This document shows, one piece after another, positions 12,387-25,300 of a stretch of 64,000 bases of DNA (within the stretch, counting starts at the first letter, position 1; the number at the start of each line of letters is the position of its first letter). This DNA comes from Marsupella aquatica. Lineage: Eukaryota; Plantae; Marchantiophyta. The translations under genes were made by a program, and so were the position numbers. The notes beneath the pieces are model-generated. The model was given only the letters and a program-made list of their open reading frames with translations. It searched no databases and had not been told where the DNA came from. Location of the stretch: NCBI GenBank assembly GCA_973895155.1, contig OZ316892.1:30807802-30871801 (forward strand), read 5' to 3'.

Positions 12387-14464
12387 TACTTGTCGTGCGC
12401 CCCATGGCTCCCTAAACCCAAGAAACCCCGCAGCACAAGCTGATTCCCGCAGGTTTCGCGCTTGGCGAGGCCATTTTTGCGGCTTAGCGGCATGGGACGC
12501 TGCTAACTTCTTCCTCTACTACTATTAACATTTTACACACATATACTGGACAGATCCTTCATCGGGTCATGAGATACGTAGCCGACCTAATCTAGGCCTT
12601 CCCTTGTCTTCCCCTCCTTCTGGTTAGGTATGTTTGGATTCCGCCGCCGAAATGATCCCCAATAGGCTTGGTTAAGCCGCTAAGACCTCTCTCAGCTCGA
12701 CACATCCAACTCTCACTCCCTTGCTTACTTTCCTTTGATGTGGGCACTCTTCACACAAGTTAATGCGACACACAAATAGCAAAATGACTCCTTCTGACTG
12801 AGTCATACCATGCACTTGCCATACAAACAGTACATCTCATACACAAGCTCTACGAACTAAGCCGTGAGGCCAACTCTATTCAGCTCTTAGGCATGAGGAA
12901 ACATGAATATACACAAGGGTCACTGTATGACTAACCGAGAGCTTCTCTTACTACTTGATCCCAGCCCGGCTGGTGCAACTAAAAACTTGCTAAAGAAGAG
13001 GCCCTGAGCTTCCCGCTGCCCAGGTATTTATCCTGGTAGTGGATCCGCCTAATTCTTTGCAGCGTAAGCCTAATCTACCTAACTGAATCTACCTATGTAC
13101 AGCGAGGCAGAAGTACAAGTGTGCTCTTACCAGTGGAACCACAATCCCACTAAGCTAAGTGTCAGGGCCGCCTCCTGGTCCTGATCCTAATCCTAAACTT
13201 AGAGATCTGAGCCCGCCCTGCCCACTCACGCCTCCTCCCTCCACGTCCGCCCTCCTTGAAAGGAGCGGCCCTCCACCACCGTCATGGCAGCGGTGTCTGT
13301 TCCTTAGTGGACGCCCCCAACATTTCCTCCTCAGCCACTGCCGTTGGCCCATCTACTGACAAATTACCTGCCCTTGACCGAGTCAACTCTTCATCGGCCT
13401 GACTGGGTCCACCCCCGGCTTCGGCCTCGACATTGGTTTCGGCATCAACTTCGGCCTTTGCCATGGCTTCAGCCTTTGCCACGGCCTCGGCATCCCCTTC
13501 TTCTAGGGTAGTTGGATCTTCTGCCGTGACCCTGCCTGGGGTCGGTGCTGGGTTTACCTCCTTGGTCACCTCGGCCTGTGGAGCCGCATTACTCCTTGAC
13601 CCAGAAGTTTTCCGCTTCTTCTTCTTCTCTAGTTTGGCAACTGGTCCCTTCCCCTTCCCACTTACTTCCGGCACTGGTGCAAGTGGCGCGGCTTGTCCTT
13701 CGGTCAGTACCACTCCTGGTAACTTGGTTGCCCCAATTGGAGTTGGGCCTGATGAAGCCAAGCACTTAAATAATGCGGCTTGTTTCTTCAGCCGCTCCGT
13801 TTGGTTGTCGGCTCGTCGTTGTAAGTTCTCCAGCCTCCGCGTGCTTTCCTCCAACTCCTCCTGCACCTGGTCCAGGTCCCTGTGGGCTTCCTTCAATTCT
13901 TTCTGGGATTCCTCCAGCTCCCTGTGGGCTTCCTTCAATTCCTCTTTCAAGGTAGCCCTCACCTCCTGGGTTGCTCTTAGTTCTTTGTTGAGCTCCGTTA
14001 CGATCACAGACTCCATTTTATTCATCTTGGCATAAGTCTGGTCGAGCTGGTCGTCTTTCTCCCGTAGGTCGGCCTTGAAGCTGGCCGTCAGGGATGCAAG
14101 CTCCTGCTGCAGCGCAATAATCCCTTGATAGGATTTCCCTAACTCGGCCTCCTTCTGCTCTAGGGCTCCGCGGATATCCTCGAGCTCCCCCTTCAACGCC
14201 CTTTCCCTTCTCTGGGTCTCTGCCATGGCCTGGTTGTTGGCTGTTATGTGGGCCTCCTCTGCATCCCTCAGCTCTCGCTTCCACTTCTCCCGCTCCTTGA
14301 TCGCATCGGCCAACTCTCCTTGGGTCCGCGTCAGTTTATTCTCGATAATCCGGTTATCTGACTGTGCGGTATCCAACTGGCCCTGCATGATATTAAGCTC
14401 ATGCCGCTTAATCCGCAGCTCATCTTGGGCTTTCCTGGCCGCCCTCAGGTCTTCGATTTCGGCT

Positions 14465-16804
14465 TGTGACGCCAATGACATGGTCCTTATTTTGTAATCT
14501 GATTAAGTAGGTTGCTGTATGCAAGGAGTAGCTATTGATATTGCATAACAATTAGCAAGATGGCAAGAATAAGGGCAATCATGGCGTTAAGAGTAGGGAA
14601 ATAAAAGCTATGTCGCGGGTGGTCGACGACCATATCTCTTTCAATATGTCACCAAATCCGGACCTGTAAAGAGCATTGGAAAGATCTGGTCAAGGCGAGT
14701 AAAATCGATATAAAACACTTGAGAAACGGAGGTGTATTAAGAAAGATACGGCCTGATTAGTGTGACGGGTTAACTTGTGGCCGGAATTAGCAGATTCGGC
14801 TTCAGTTTCGGGTTAACCCAAGCTCGGCCATGGCTTAGCTTAGGTAAGCACGGCTTCAGCTTATCTCAGGTAAGCACGGCTTCAACTTAGCTCAAGTAAG
14901 CACAGCTTCAGCTTAGGCTTAACCCGGGTTCGGGTTAGACTTAACTTGGGTTAGCCTAAACTCGGGTTAGCCTAAACTCGGGCTCAGGTTAGCATAGGTA
15001 AGCTCGGGTTCGGGCTCAGCTTAGGCTAGGTTAGCGGATAGCGGATAGCGGGTAGCGGCCTAACCCGAGACCACGGGTTAGCTCTACTCGGGTTAGATAG
15101 GATAGGTAGGTTAGCCGAACTCGGGTTAGCTATGTAACTCGGGTTAGCGCAGCAGTGAGTACCCCCTCTCGGTTGCGGGGGCATAACTCTCTGTGTATTT
15201 GACCAAATTGGCTATAATTGACCTCGTTTGAAAGAGGAGCTCAAGCCGCTTCCAACGCTGCTATCCACGCAGCAAATGGTTGAATAGAGAAATCGGGAGA
15301 GGAGGCGCAAGCTCGCAAAAACCATGGAGGAGGGCCAAATCCGAAGTACATAGCCAATTCGAGATAGAAATAAAGTTGCGAGTTAGGGTTCAGTAGTTAG
15401 AGATAGTGGCGGCTCTATTAGGGCTGGGATGGGGCTCCAGCAGCGTAGTATCCACCCATTTGGGCTCAGTATGAGAGTATATAGAGCAGCCCCCCGATAG
15501 AGGCAAGGGGGGGGACTTCAGTTGTGTGATCTCACTTAGATTGAGCAGCAGGGAGGAGCTCTATGCAAGCAAGGCTGGACTTGGACGCTGCGTGTTGGGG
15601 AGAGCTTGGTTGTGCTATTACTCAGGGAGTAATCAGCCAAGCTTCACAGCAACGGGTTGCTAGGTTTGCGAGCTGGATTGTGGCTCTTTCTAGTGGGCAG
15701 CACAACTGGGTTCTTTTCCCCCGATACAGAGCCTTGGTGATAGGTGATGTATTGGTGATTGTAAACTGTGGGGAGGATTTCAATTCGATTTGCGGTGGGC
15801 ACATTAGGGAGGCTGAGATACTGATTAAGGGGCAGTAGGAGGAGCATTTACAGTTCAGTCTGGCAAGGCTACGTGATCCATGGGGAGTCCCGGCCTTTGT
15901 CTGGTGGAGAGCACTAAGGGATCTATGGCCAGATCTGAGCTTGCAGGGCAAGTGTGAGGCCAGGCCTCATTGCAGTCTGGGGTAGATCGCCGTTAGGCCT
16001 GGTACCAGCTTTGAAGTCGAGTCAACTATGCATGCGTAACTTGACGTTCTGAATTGGAGGTGTGAGATCTGTATGTGCCCCCAAGAATGAAGTGCAGTGA
16101 AGGAGGTTGAGTTCAGGATTGAGCTTGCATGGCAAGCATGGGGCTTGCGGGGCAAGCACATCACAATCTGGAGGAGACAGCCTTCGGCCCTAGTGTTCGG
16201 ATCAAGTATTCTTAGTGAACTATTGTGCACATCTTTGAATCTAATTGAGTTTTCCTCTCAGGCCTCATTTCTCTCATGGATGTGTGTGTGTGTGTGAGGC
16301 AATCTGAGTGTATGATGGGACTAGCAGCGCCACTGAGAGGTGTACAGGGTGCATTGAAGCGGGCTGGGTGAGGACTGTCATAGCTCTGATTGCTGAGAGT
16401 GGAATGGCAGAGTGGTGGGGCAATGGCTTAGAAGTCCCTAAGCCGGGAATCAGTCAGGAGTCACTAGTTTATGGGTACATTCCGGCGGTGGAATAGAAAC
16501 ATACCTATGATAGTAAGCATACGTATAGACCTATGCGCACCGTAGCGCTAGGCCCTGTGTGTACGGGCCCGATATGAAGACCCCTCTCACCAGAACTATC
16601 ATGAGCGCAGATCTGATCCCCAACCTTGGTTCCTTGGGATTGAGCTTGAGTGATAGAGTTTTGCTATGATAGTCTGGTGTTAAGGGCATAAATTGGTGTT
16701 TCCCGGCCTTCACAACATCCCTTCGTGATCCTCAGGTACAAGGAGATGGTTTTGGCACCCATAGTGACGTTTTTGGTGTTAAGACCCATGTCAATCGCGT
16801 GACA
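14465..16804 (+). mobile_element. Solo LTR of a second family (B), 2340 bp, CGGCT TSD
   Basis: tgtgacgccaatgacatgg...ccatgtcaatcgcgtgaca form imperfect inverted termini (16/19). cggct lies at 14460-14464 and 16805-16809. It splits the family A ORF at RAREA|EIEDL. Confidence 0.88.
14780..15150. repeat. Degenerate short-period repeats (ctcgggttagc; ggcttcagcttagctcaggtaagcac) in LTR B
   Basis: Directly visible recurring GGGTTAG/CTTAG-rich units. Confidence 0.7.
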
Positions 16805-19800
16805 CGGCTTCCCTTGCCCTAAGCCGACGGATGACCTCGTCCTTCTTGCTTCTTTCCAAGGCCATCGCTTCTTCTAATTGGCGCTTCTCCAACATCTCCC
16901 TCTGGAAAAAGGGTCCCTGCTCCAACTCCTCCCCAAAGATGTTGAGCGCCAATTCCCCACACATCTCCCCGTACTCCATGGCTCTATCTTTAGCATAGGT
17001 GGAGGAAGTAGAAGTCATCGGCATCATCCATCGCGGCCTCTGCTCCCAAGCCGTCTTGCGTATTTCTTCTATGGTGGCAAGAGGGTTGCTTCTTTTTTTG
17101 GCAAGCCGCCTGATGTCCTCCGGCCAATCTCCTCCTGGTAAATCCTTCTCCCTAGCCAGGGCCGCTTTCTCATCCTCCCTAAGTTGCTCTTGAAATTCCT
17201 GTGCCGTATGCTTTATGCCGTCAAAGCTCGGGGGAGCAATCTTTGGTGGGGGAGACTCGGGGCTACTCTGCTGGTTGGGGTCCCCTCGGACTACTCTTGG
17301 GAGCGTGGGGATGAAGCGACCACAGGTCCTTACTCCTGGAACATGATGATCCGACCCGTAGCCGGAGTTATCATTGCTGTAGTCCACCACCTCCTCCTCG
17401 GCTTGGACTACCGGCTTCTCCCGCTGTTCTCCTGGTTTTGTCGTGAACATGGCTTCACCTCTCATCGGTCTTGGTTCCTCCTCCGGCTTCCGTGTTGATC
17501 TCTTGTCCTCCTTGTCGTGGCCGGAAGCTACGGCCTGCTTCTCCTCGGCTTCGGGACTAGAGGCTCCTACATACATCCAGACTCCCGGCTCGTGTTCCGG
17601 CCTCCTTCTCTCCTTGACTCCAGTAAAGGGGTTTTCCCTTGTAAGCCGGTTTAGGCCAACCTCTGGAGCAGTGTCCTGTATTGTTGCCGTCGTCGTTGCC
17701 GTTGCTGTTCTCTTTTCTCTCTCCAGCAATTTCAGCAGATTCTTCATGCCTGGTTGCTACATCGGCAAGTCCTCCGTCCTTGGCCTAAACACCTGCTCGA
17801 TTGTAGGACTGTCGGGCAGGTTGGGTTTCTCCGTTGCCGGCCTCTGTCCCAAAACCTCCTCGGGTGCCCTTGCCTGTAGGGGAAGTACCGAGGCAAAGGT
17901 CGTACTTCGGGCATACCGACACAATAGCGGCATGTGATAGCCAAGCCGGGACACGCTTCCCTTGTCGATCACCAGCTGTTCCTCCTTCAAGATTTTCTTT
18001 AGTTGAATGAGGAGGTAACCGTTGTAGTCCCGGCTTGGGTCTGGCCTCTCTGCCAGATAGACCTGTGCCTTGCCGATCTCTGGTCTCGGCCAGTTGCAAT
18101 GCATGGTCACCCGCAAGAAATCGATCATCTCACCTATATGCGGGTTGGTGCAGGTGTTACGGAAGAAGCCATTCTTTGTTGAAGGCCCTGGAAACGACCT
18201 GAACTCCGTGTCTGGCAAGGTCTTCCTGGTATCTACCTTGGTCTTATTGCCAATTGGCAAACCAAACACCTAGGCAATCACCTGGGGAGTGAGATAGAAA
18301 TCCTTCCCATACACTCGTGTGGAATTGGTCTCGGACTCCCATGATCCCACGAATTCAAGGAAGTCTGAATTTGGTACCTCCGGCTTCAGCCACGGTAACC
18401 TTACGAAGGCTTCCAAGCCGGATCCGGCCATGAAGCCCTGATATTTCCGAGTCTGCATAGCCGTAAAGCATGCATTTTCCTCCCTTGCAAAGTGTAATTG
18501 GACCTCCTCGCGGAGGATCGCCGCCCAGCCTTTCCAGGTGTCATCTCTCGTTGGAACAGCGTTGATGGGGTCGACCTCCTCCTCCTCGGCTTCTCTCTGC
18601 CTCCTGCTTTGCTGTTCGGCTGGCTTCTTTGGTGCCGCCGACCTCGTTCTTTTTGCCGGGGTGGCCCCTTTGTTGTTGTTCCCCTTTCTCTTCATCTCGG
18701 CTGCCGTGGATATCTCTCCTAGCACAGTTGCCTTTGTCCACCCCTCTGTGCTACCCTTCAACTCCCAGTGTATGTCGTTGCAGCGTTTGATGGCTTCGCG
18801 GATGCCGACGACTCTATCTTCGTAAAACAGCAGGTCGTCTAGCTTGTTACCAGTAGGAGTCCACAAGAATTTGGCCTTGATGAGTTCTCCTCCTAAGAAG
18901 GCAACTTTCTGCAGCTCCCACAGTCGAGCGAGCTCCTGCTGTTCTCGAGCTGCTCTCTCTGATTCTTTGTCCTCGTAAGTCCCAATATACCCAATTGCCC
19001 GTTCGAACAGGCATCCCCAAAAATGTGCCGCTTGATTGACGTTGCTCATACCCTTATCGAGTTGATAGTTGGTATCTGCTCCCACCCTGAGTACCTGCCT
19101 AAGCAGTTGACAGTAGTTGGCCGCCCGTAGTCTTCTGCCCAGTTCGTGCCTGCAAATGAGCCACAACTCCTTGCGAGCGGTCCTTACCCCTCTTCTCCTC
19201 GGCGTCTCTCTTTCGGTCGTGACCCCTAGCCGCCGGCACTTAGCGTGCCCTAACCCTAATCATGTTCTCTCCCCTGGCTTCCTCACTTCCGGCCTCGGCT
19301 CGGGTTCCATATAGTCACCCTTAATTGTTTATATTTTCCTTATTTTTGTAACTATACTAATGTGTTCCTAGGGTACTCTTCCCTTTTCCACTTTAAACTA
19401 GCCCAGTGATTCCTGGCTAGGCATCACAGTACTCGCGATTACTTTAGTGGTGCACGAACACTCACCTCTGTCTTCCGCTTTGTCAATGCCTATTTGGCCT
19501 TGCTGGTTGATGCTTTTGTTACCCTTTGAGAGCCGGTCACTGCACCTTCTCTAAACTCCCGACCCGTCTTCTTGGATTCCACAACGCCAACCACAAGAAA
19601 ATGGGATCACTAAACCTCATTGTAGGGACATTCCCACCAAGAGAACACGGAAAACCTTGCTCCGATCCCTAAACTCTCGATCCCACCAAGAGAACACAAA
19701 CCTTGCTCCGTTGCTCTATTACCAAGTGTATTCTCGCGAGAGGAGTGTTTGGCACTTGGCTTCTCTACAACTCTCTAGCTCCCCGTCTTGCTCCGCCGCA

Positions 19801-22342
19801 CTTGGTCCTAGTCAAATGAGCAAAATGGTGATGGCGATGCTCGATATGCAACAGATGGCAATATCAGTCGCAGACCCACAATCACAGGTCCTCCCCACCT
19901 AAGGTTGCAGCGGCTGCAACCTTCTTTGCCCTACCTCCAAGTTAAATGTCCTTAGAAACAACCTTTCATTGCTGCCCTGATTGTAGCTTGCAGCACGATG
20001 TTTTTTGGCAAAACAAATAGGGCAGCTTAGACCGGAAGAAAAGAGCCCTTGCAACTGTAAAACCCTTGGAACACTACAAAGCCTTGCAAAACCTCAACAT
20101 TTGACATGCATTCGATGCTCTTCACTCACAACACTCACTAAACCAACACTTAGTGGGAGTAGTCACGCTTACTCTTCACCCTGCCATGATCCGTTGAGAT
20201 GAGCCGTTGAGTCTGCACCGTTGCGCACATGTAAGGGGTTTGTAGGATTGCCAAAATACCAAAATACTACATTAGGCCCTAAACAAGTCAGGCTAAATTT
20301 GGGCTCAGGGTTAGGGACAACTTTAAAGGAAACCCTTAATTACATACATGGCCATATTGGGTATGTTACACATTTATCTTGGCCTGGAAAACTTCAATAA
20401 AGCGGGATGTTGGTGAAGTAGAGCTAGCTGTGAATTCAAAATTATGCTAGCCCTATATGCGTGCACATTTTTCTTGGCTAGGCAAACTTGAACAGAACGG
20501 GATGTTGGTGAAGCCAAGCACCCTAAATAGAAATTGTATATGTTGCCCATGCATAGCAAGGCCAATGAATGAATTGAGCATAATAGGACTTACTATTTGG
20601 CAATCTGACCCATGCCCTTTTAGGGTGGAGGACAACTACGTCTCCTTGAGTCAAATCACTATGAACACAATGAAGAGGTGATTTAATCCGGTGTGCAACC
20701 CCATGACCACGCTCAGTAATCAACAATTCTGTGATGCCTAACCAGGAATCACTAGGCCGGTTAAGTGGGAAAACGGAAGTGTACCCTAGAAACACCTTAG
20801 TACAGTTACAAGAATGAGGAAAATATAAACAATTAAGGGTGACTATGGAACCCGGGCGAGGCCGGAAGTAAGGATGCCGGGGGAGAGAATACGATTAGGG
20901 TTAGGGCGCACTAAGTGTCGGCGGCTAGGGGTAACCAACGGTAGGAAAGACCAGAGGAGGAGAGGGGTAAGGACAGCTCGCGAGGAATGGTGGCTCATTT
21001 GCAAGCACAAACTGGGCAAACAACTATGGGAGGCCAACTACTGTCAGCTGCTTAGACAAGCACTCTGGGCGGGAGCAGATACCAATGATAGACTCAAGGA
21101 GGGTATGAGCAACGTCAATCAAGCGACACATTTTTGGGGATGCCTGTTTGAATGGGCAACTGAGTACATTGGGACTTACGAGGATGAAGAATCAGAGAGA
21201 GCAGCTCAAGAACGGCAGGAGCTAGCTTGACTGTGGGAGCTGCAAAAATCTGCCTTCTTAGGAGGAGAATTCATCAAAGCCAAGTTCTTGTGGACTCCTA
21301 CTGCCAATCAGCTTGACGACCTTCTGTTTTGCAAAAACAGGATTGTCGACATTCGGGAAGCCATCAACCGCTGCAACGACATACACTGGGAGTTGAAGGG
21401 TAGCATGGAGGGGTGGACAAAGGCAACCGTGCTAGGAGAAACATCCACGGCAGCCGAGATGAAGAGGAAAGGAAACAACAACGGAGAGGCCACCCCGGCA
21501 AAAAGAACGAGGTCGGCGGCACCAAGGAAGCCAGCAGAGCAGGGAAGCAGGAGGTAGGCGGAAACCAAAGAGGAGGAGGTTGATCCCATCAATGCCACTC
21601 CAACAAAGGATGACACCTGGAAAGGCTGGGCGGCGACCCTACCAGAAGAGGTGCAACTGCATTTTGCACGGGAGGAGGATGCATGCTTTACGGCCATGCA
21701 GACCAAGAAGTACCAGGGCTTCATGGCCGGATCCGGCTTGGAAGCATTCATAAAATTACCATGGCTGAAGCCGGAGGTGCCGGGTGTATGGGAAGGATTT
21801 CTATCTCACTCCCCGGGTGATTGCAGAAGTGTTTGGCTTGCCGATGGGCAATAAGACCACGGTAGAGACCAGGAAGACCTTGCCAGACAAGGAGTTCCGG
21901 TCATTTCCAGGGCCATCAACGAAGAATGGCTTCTTCCGGAACACCTGCACCAACCCGCACATCAGAGAGATGATCGACTTCTTGCGGGTGACCATGCATT
22001 GCAACTTGCCAAGGGCAGAGATCGGCAAGGCACAGGTCTACCTGGCAGAGAGGCCAGACCCAAGCCGGGACTACAACGGGTACCTCCTCAACCAACTGAA
22101 GAAGATCTTGAAGGAGGAATAGTTGGTGATCGGCATGGGAAGCGTGTCCCGGCTCGGTTATCACATGCCGCTGTTGTGCCGGTATGCCCGAAGCCAAATA
22201 TTTGCCCCGATATTGCCCCTACAAGCAAGGGCACTAGAGGAAGTTCCAGAATTGAGGCCGGCAACAGAGAAATCGACCCAGCCCGACAGTCCTACAATCG
22301 AGCAGGTGTTTAGGCCGAGGAAGGAAGACTTGTTGATGCAGC

Positions 22343-25300
22343 TGTGATGCCTAGCCAGGAATCACTCGGCCAGTTGAGTGGGTAAAGCAGGAATGCACCT
22401 TGGAAACACCTTAGTATAGGGACAAAACAAGGAAAATATAAACAATTAGGGGCGACTATGGAACCCGAGCCGAGGCCGGAAGTAAGGACGCCAGGGGAGA
22501 GAACTCGATTAGGGTTAGGGCGCGCTAAGCGTCGGCGGCTAGGAAGGATCAACGGGAGGAAGGACCGGAAGAGGAGAGGGGTAAGGGCAGCTCGCGAGGA
22601 GTTGTGGCTCATTTGCAGGCACAAACTTGGCAGACGACTACGGGAGGCCAACTACTGTCAGCTGCTTAGGCAAGCACTCGGGGAGAGAGTAGATACCGAC
22701 GATCGACCTAAGGAGGGTATGAGCAACGTCAATCAAGCGGCACATTTCTGGGGTTGCCTGTTCGAACGGGCAACTGAGTACATCAAGACTTACAAGGACG
22801 AAGAATCAGAAAGGGCAGCTCGAGAACAACAGGAGCTCGCTCGATTGTGGGAGCTGCAGAAAACGGCTTTCTTAGGAGGCGAACTCATCAAGGCCGAGTT
22901 CTTGTGGACTCCTACTTCCAATCAGCTCGACGATCTTCTGTTTTGCGAAGACAGAATCATCGGCATTTGAGAGGCCATCAAGAACTGCAACGACATACAC
23001 TGGGAATTGAAGGGTAGCACGGAAAGATGGACCCAGACAACGGTGCTAGGAGAAACCTCCTCGGCAGCCAAGATGAAAAGGAAGGGAGCCGTCATTGATG
23101 AAGCCACCCCGGCAAAAAGAACGAGGTCGGCGGCACCAAAGAAGCCAGCCGAGCAGCAGAGCGGGAGGCAGGGAGAAGCCAAAGAGGAGGAGGTCGATCC
23201 CATTAATGCCATTCCAACCAGGGATGACACCTGGAAGGGCTGGGCGGCAACTCTACCAGTGGAGGTGCAACTACATTTTGCACGGGAGGAGGATGCATGC
23301 TTTACGGCCATGCAGACCAAGAAGTACCAAGGCTTCATGGCCGGATCCGGCTTAGAGGCCTTTGTAAGATTACCATGGTTGAAGCCGGAGGTGCCGGAGT
23401 CAGACCTATTAGAATTCGTGGGGTCATGGGAACCCGAGACCAATTGCACGAGGATATATGGGAAGGATTTCTATCTTACTCCCAAGGTAATTGCCGAAGT
23501 GTTTGGCTTGCCGATAGGCAATAAGACCAAGGTTGATACCAGGAAGACCTTGCCTGACAAAGAGTTCCGGTCGTTCCCCGGGCCATCAACGAAGAATGGC
23601 TTCTTCCGGAACACCTGTACCAACCCGCACATAGGAGAGATGATCGACTTCTTGCGGGTAACCATGCATTGTAACTTGCCAAGGGCAGAGATCGGCAAGG
23701 CACAGGTCTATCTGGCAGAGAGGCCAGACCCAAGCCGGGACTACAACGGGTACCTCCTCAACCAATTGAAGAAGATCTTAAAGGAGGAGCAGCAGGTAAT
23801 CGGCATGGGGAGCGTGTCGCGGCTTGGCTATCACATGCCGCTGTTGTGCCGGTATGCCAGAGGTCAGACCTTTGCCCCAGTACTTCCCCTACAGGTAAGG
23901 ACACCCAAGGAAGCGCCAGCACCGAGGCTGGTAGCAGAGAAGCCTCAACCACCTGTCAGCCCTACGATTGAGCAGGTGTTTAGGCCAAGGAAGGAAGACT
24001 TGCCAATGCAGCAACCAGGCATGCAGAATCTACTGAAACTACTGGAGAAAGAAAAGAGAACGGCAACGACAACGGCAACAATGCAGGACACTGCCCCAGA
24101 GGTCAACCTAAGCAGACTTACAAGGGAAAACCCCTTTACCGGAAATAAGGAGAGAATCAGGCTCCTATCGACGAAGAAGAGAGGGAGAAGCCGGAAGTCC
24201 AAGAAGTAGAGGAGATAGTGGAGGACTGCAGCCATGATAACTCCGGCTATGGGTTGGACCATCACGTTCCAGGAGTAAGGACCTGTGGCCGGTTTATCCC
24301 CACACTTCCAAGGGTAGTACGAGGGGATCCCAACCAGCAGAGTAGCCCTCAGTCTCCCCCACCAGATGTTGCTCCCCCGAGCTTTGACGGCATAAAACAG
24401 ACGGCGCAGGAATTTCAGGAGCGAATCAGGCAGGAAGAGGAGGCAGCCTTGGCTAGGGAAAAGGATTTACCAGGAGGAGACTGGCCGGAGGATATCAGGC
24501 GGCTAGCCGAAAAAGGAAGCAAACCTCTAGCCACGATTGAAGAGATCCGCAAGACGGCTTGGGAGCAGAGGCCGCGATGGACGATGCCGATCACTTCTAC
24601 TTACTCCACCTACGCTAAGAATAGAGCCATGGAGTATGGTGAGATGTGTGGGGAACTTGCACTCGGCATCTTTGGGGAGGAGTTGGAGGTAGGACCCTTT
24701 TTCCATAGGGAGCAGTTGGAGAAGCACCAATTAGATGAAGCGGTGGCTTTAGAGAGAAGCAAGAAGGACGAGGTCATCCGGCGGCTTAGAAGGATGGAAG
24801 CCGAGATTGAAGAACTAAGGGCGGCCAAGAAAGCCCAAGATGAACTGCGGATTAAGCGGCATGAGCTGAACATCATGCAGGGGCAGTTGGACACAGCGCA
24901 GGCTGATGGTCAGATTATCAAGGATAAACTGACTCAGACCCAGGGAGAATTGGCCGACGCAATCAAGGACAGGGAGAAATGGAAGAAGGAGCTGAGAGAC
25001 GCAGAGGAGGCCCATATAGCAGTCAACAACCGGGTCATGGCGGAGACCCAAAGAAAGGAATGGGCGTTGAAGGGGGAGCTCGAGAAAATCCGCGGAGCCC
25101 TTGAGCAGAAGGAGGCCGAGTTAGGGAAATCCTATCAAGGGATTATTGCGCTGCAGCAGGAGCTTGCGTCCCTAACGGCCAGCTTCAAGGCCGACCTAAG
25201 GGAGAAGGACAATATGCTCGATCAGACTTATGCCAAGATGAATAAAATGGAGTCTGAGATCGTGACAGAGCTCGACAAAGAGCTTAGAGCAACCCAGGAG

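Larger units (their letters stand above)
13282..19310 (-). pseudogene. Family A LTR ORF, disrupted by stops and a nested solo LTR
   Basis: ORFs 18270..19166, 17757..18269, 16791..17747 and 13282..14481 are colinear with the other copies. ATG (MEPEP) at 19310. Confidence 0.85.
12391..19428 (-). mobile_element. Family A solo LTR (about 4.69 kb net) with GTACT target-site duplication
   Basis: gtact at 12386-12390 and 19429-19433 flank tgtcgtgcg...ggcatcaca. Contains a 2.34 kb nested insertion. Confidence 0.92.
4679..19449 (-). mobile_element. CACTA (En/Spm) DNA transposon, decayed, interrupted by LTR insertions
   Basis: Tnp2-type transposase fragments. Removing the solo LTR at 12391-19428 puts TAGTG (19445-19449; CACTAAAGTAATC on minus) next to subterminal-like tandem repeats. 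The other end is not seen, so boundaries are tentative. Confidence 0.55.

Noticed and set aside
12391-19428. Family A as a TIR DNA transposon rather than an LTR
   Set aside because: The ORF has no recognisable DDE transposase motifs. TG...CA ends, 5-bp TSDs and the PBS-gag after the 30021 end favour an LTR.
19450-20729. Short ORFs in the spacer between elements
   Set aside because: No recognisable motifs and lengths are compatible with chance; left unannotated.
22509-22521. TTAGGGTTAGGG telomere-like sequence in each family A copy
   Set aside because: Only two units, inside the ORF (RLGLGR); too short to call an interstitial telomere.
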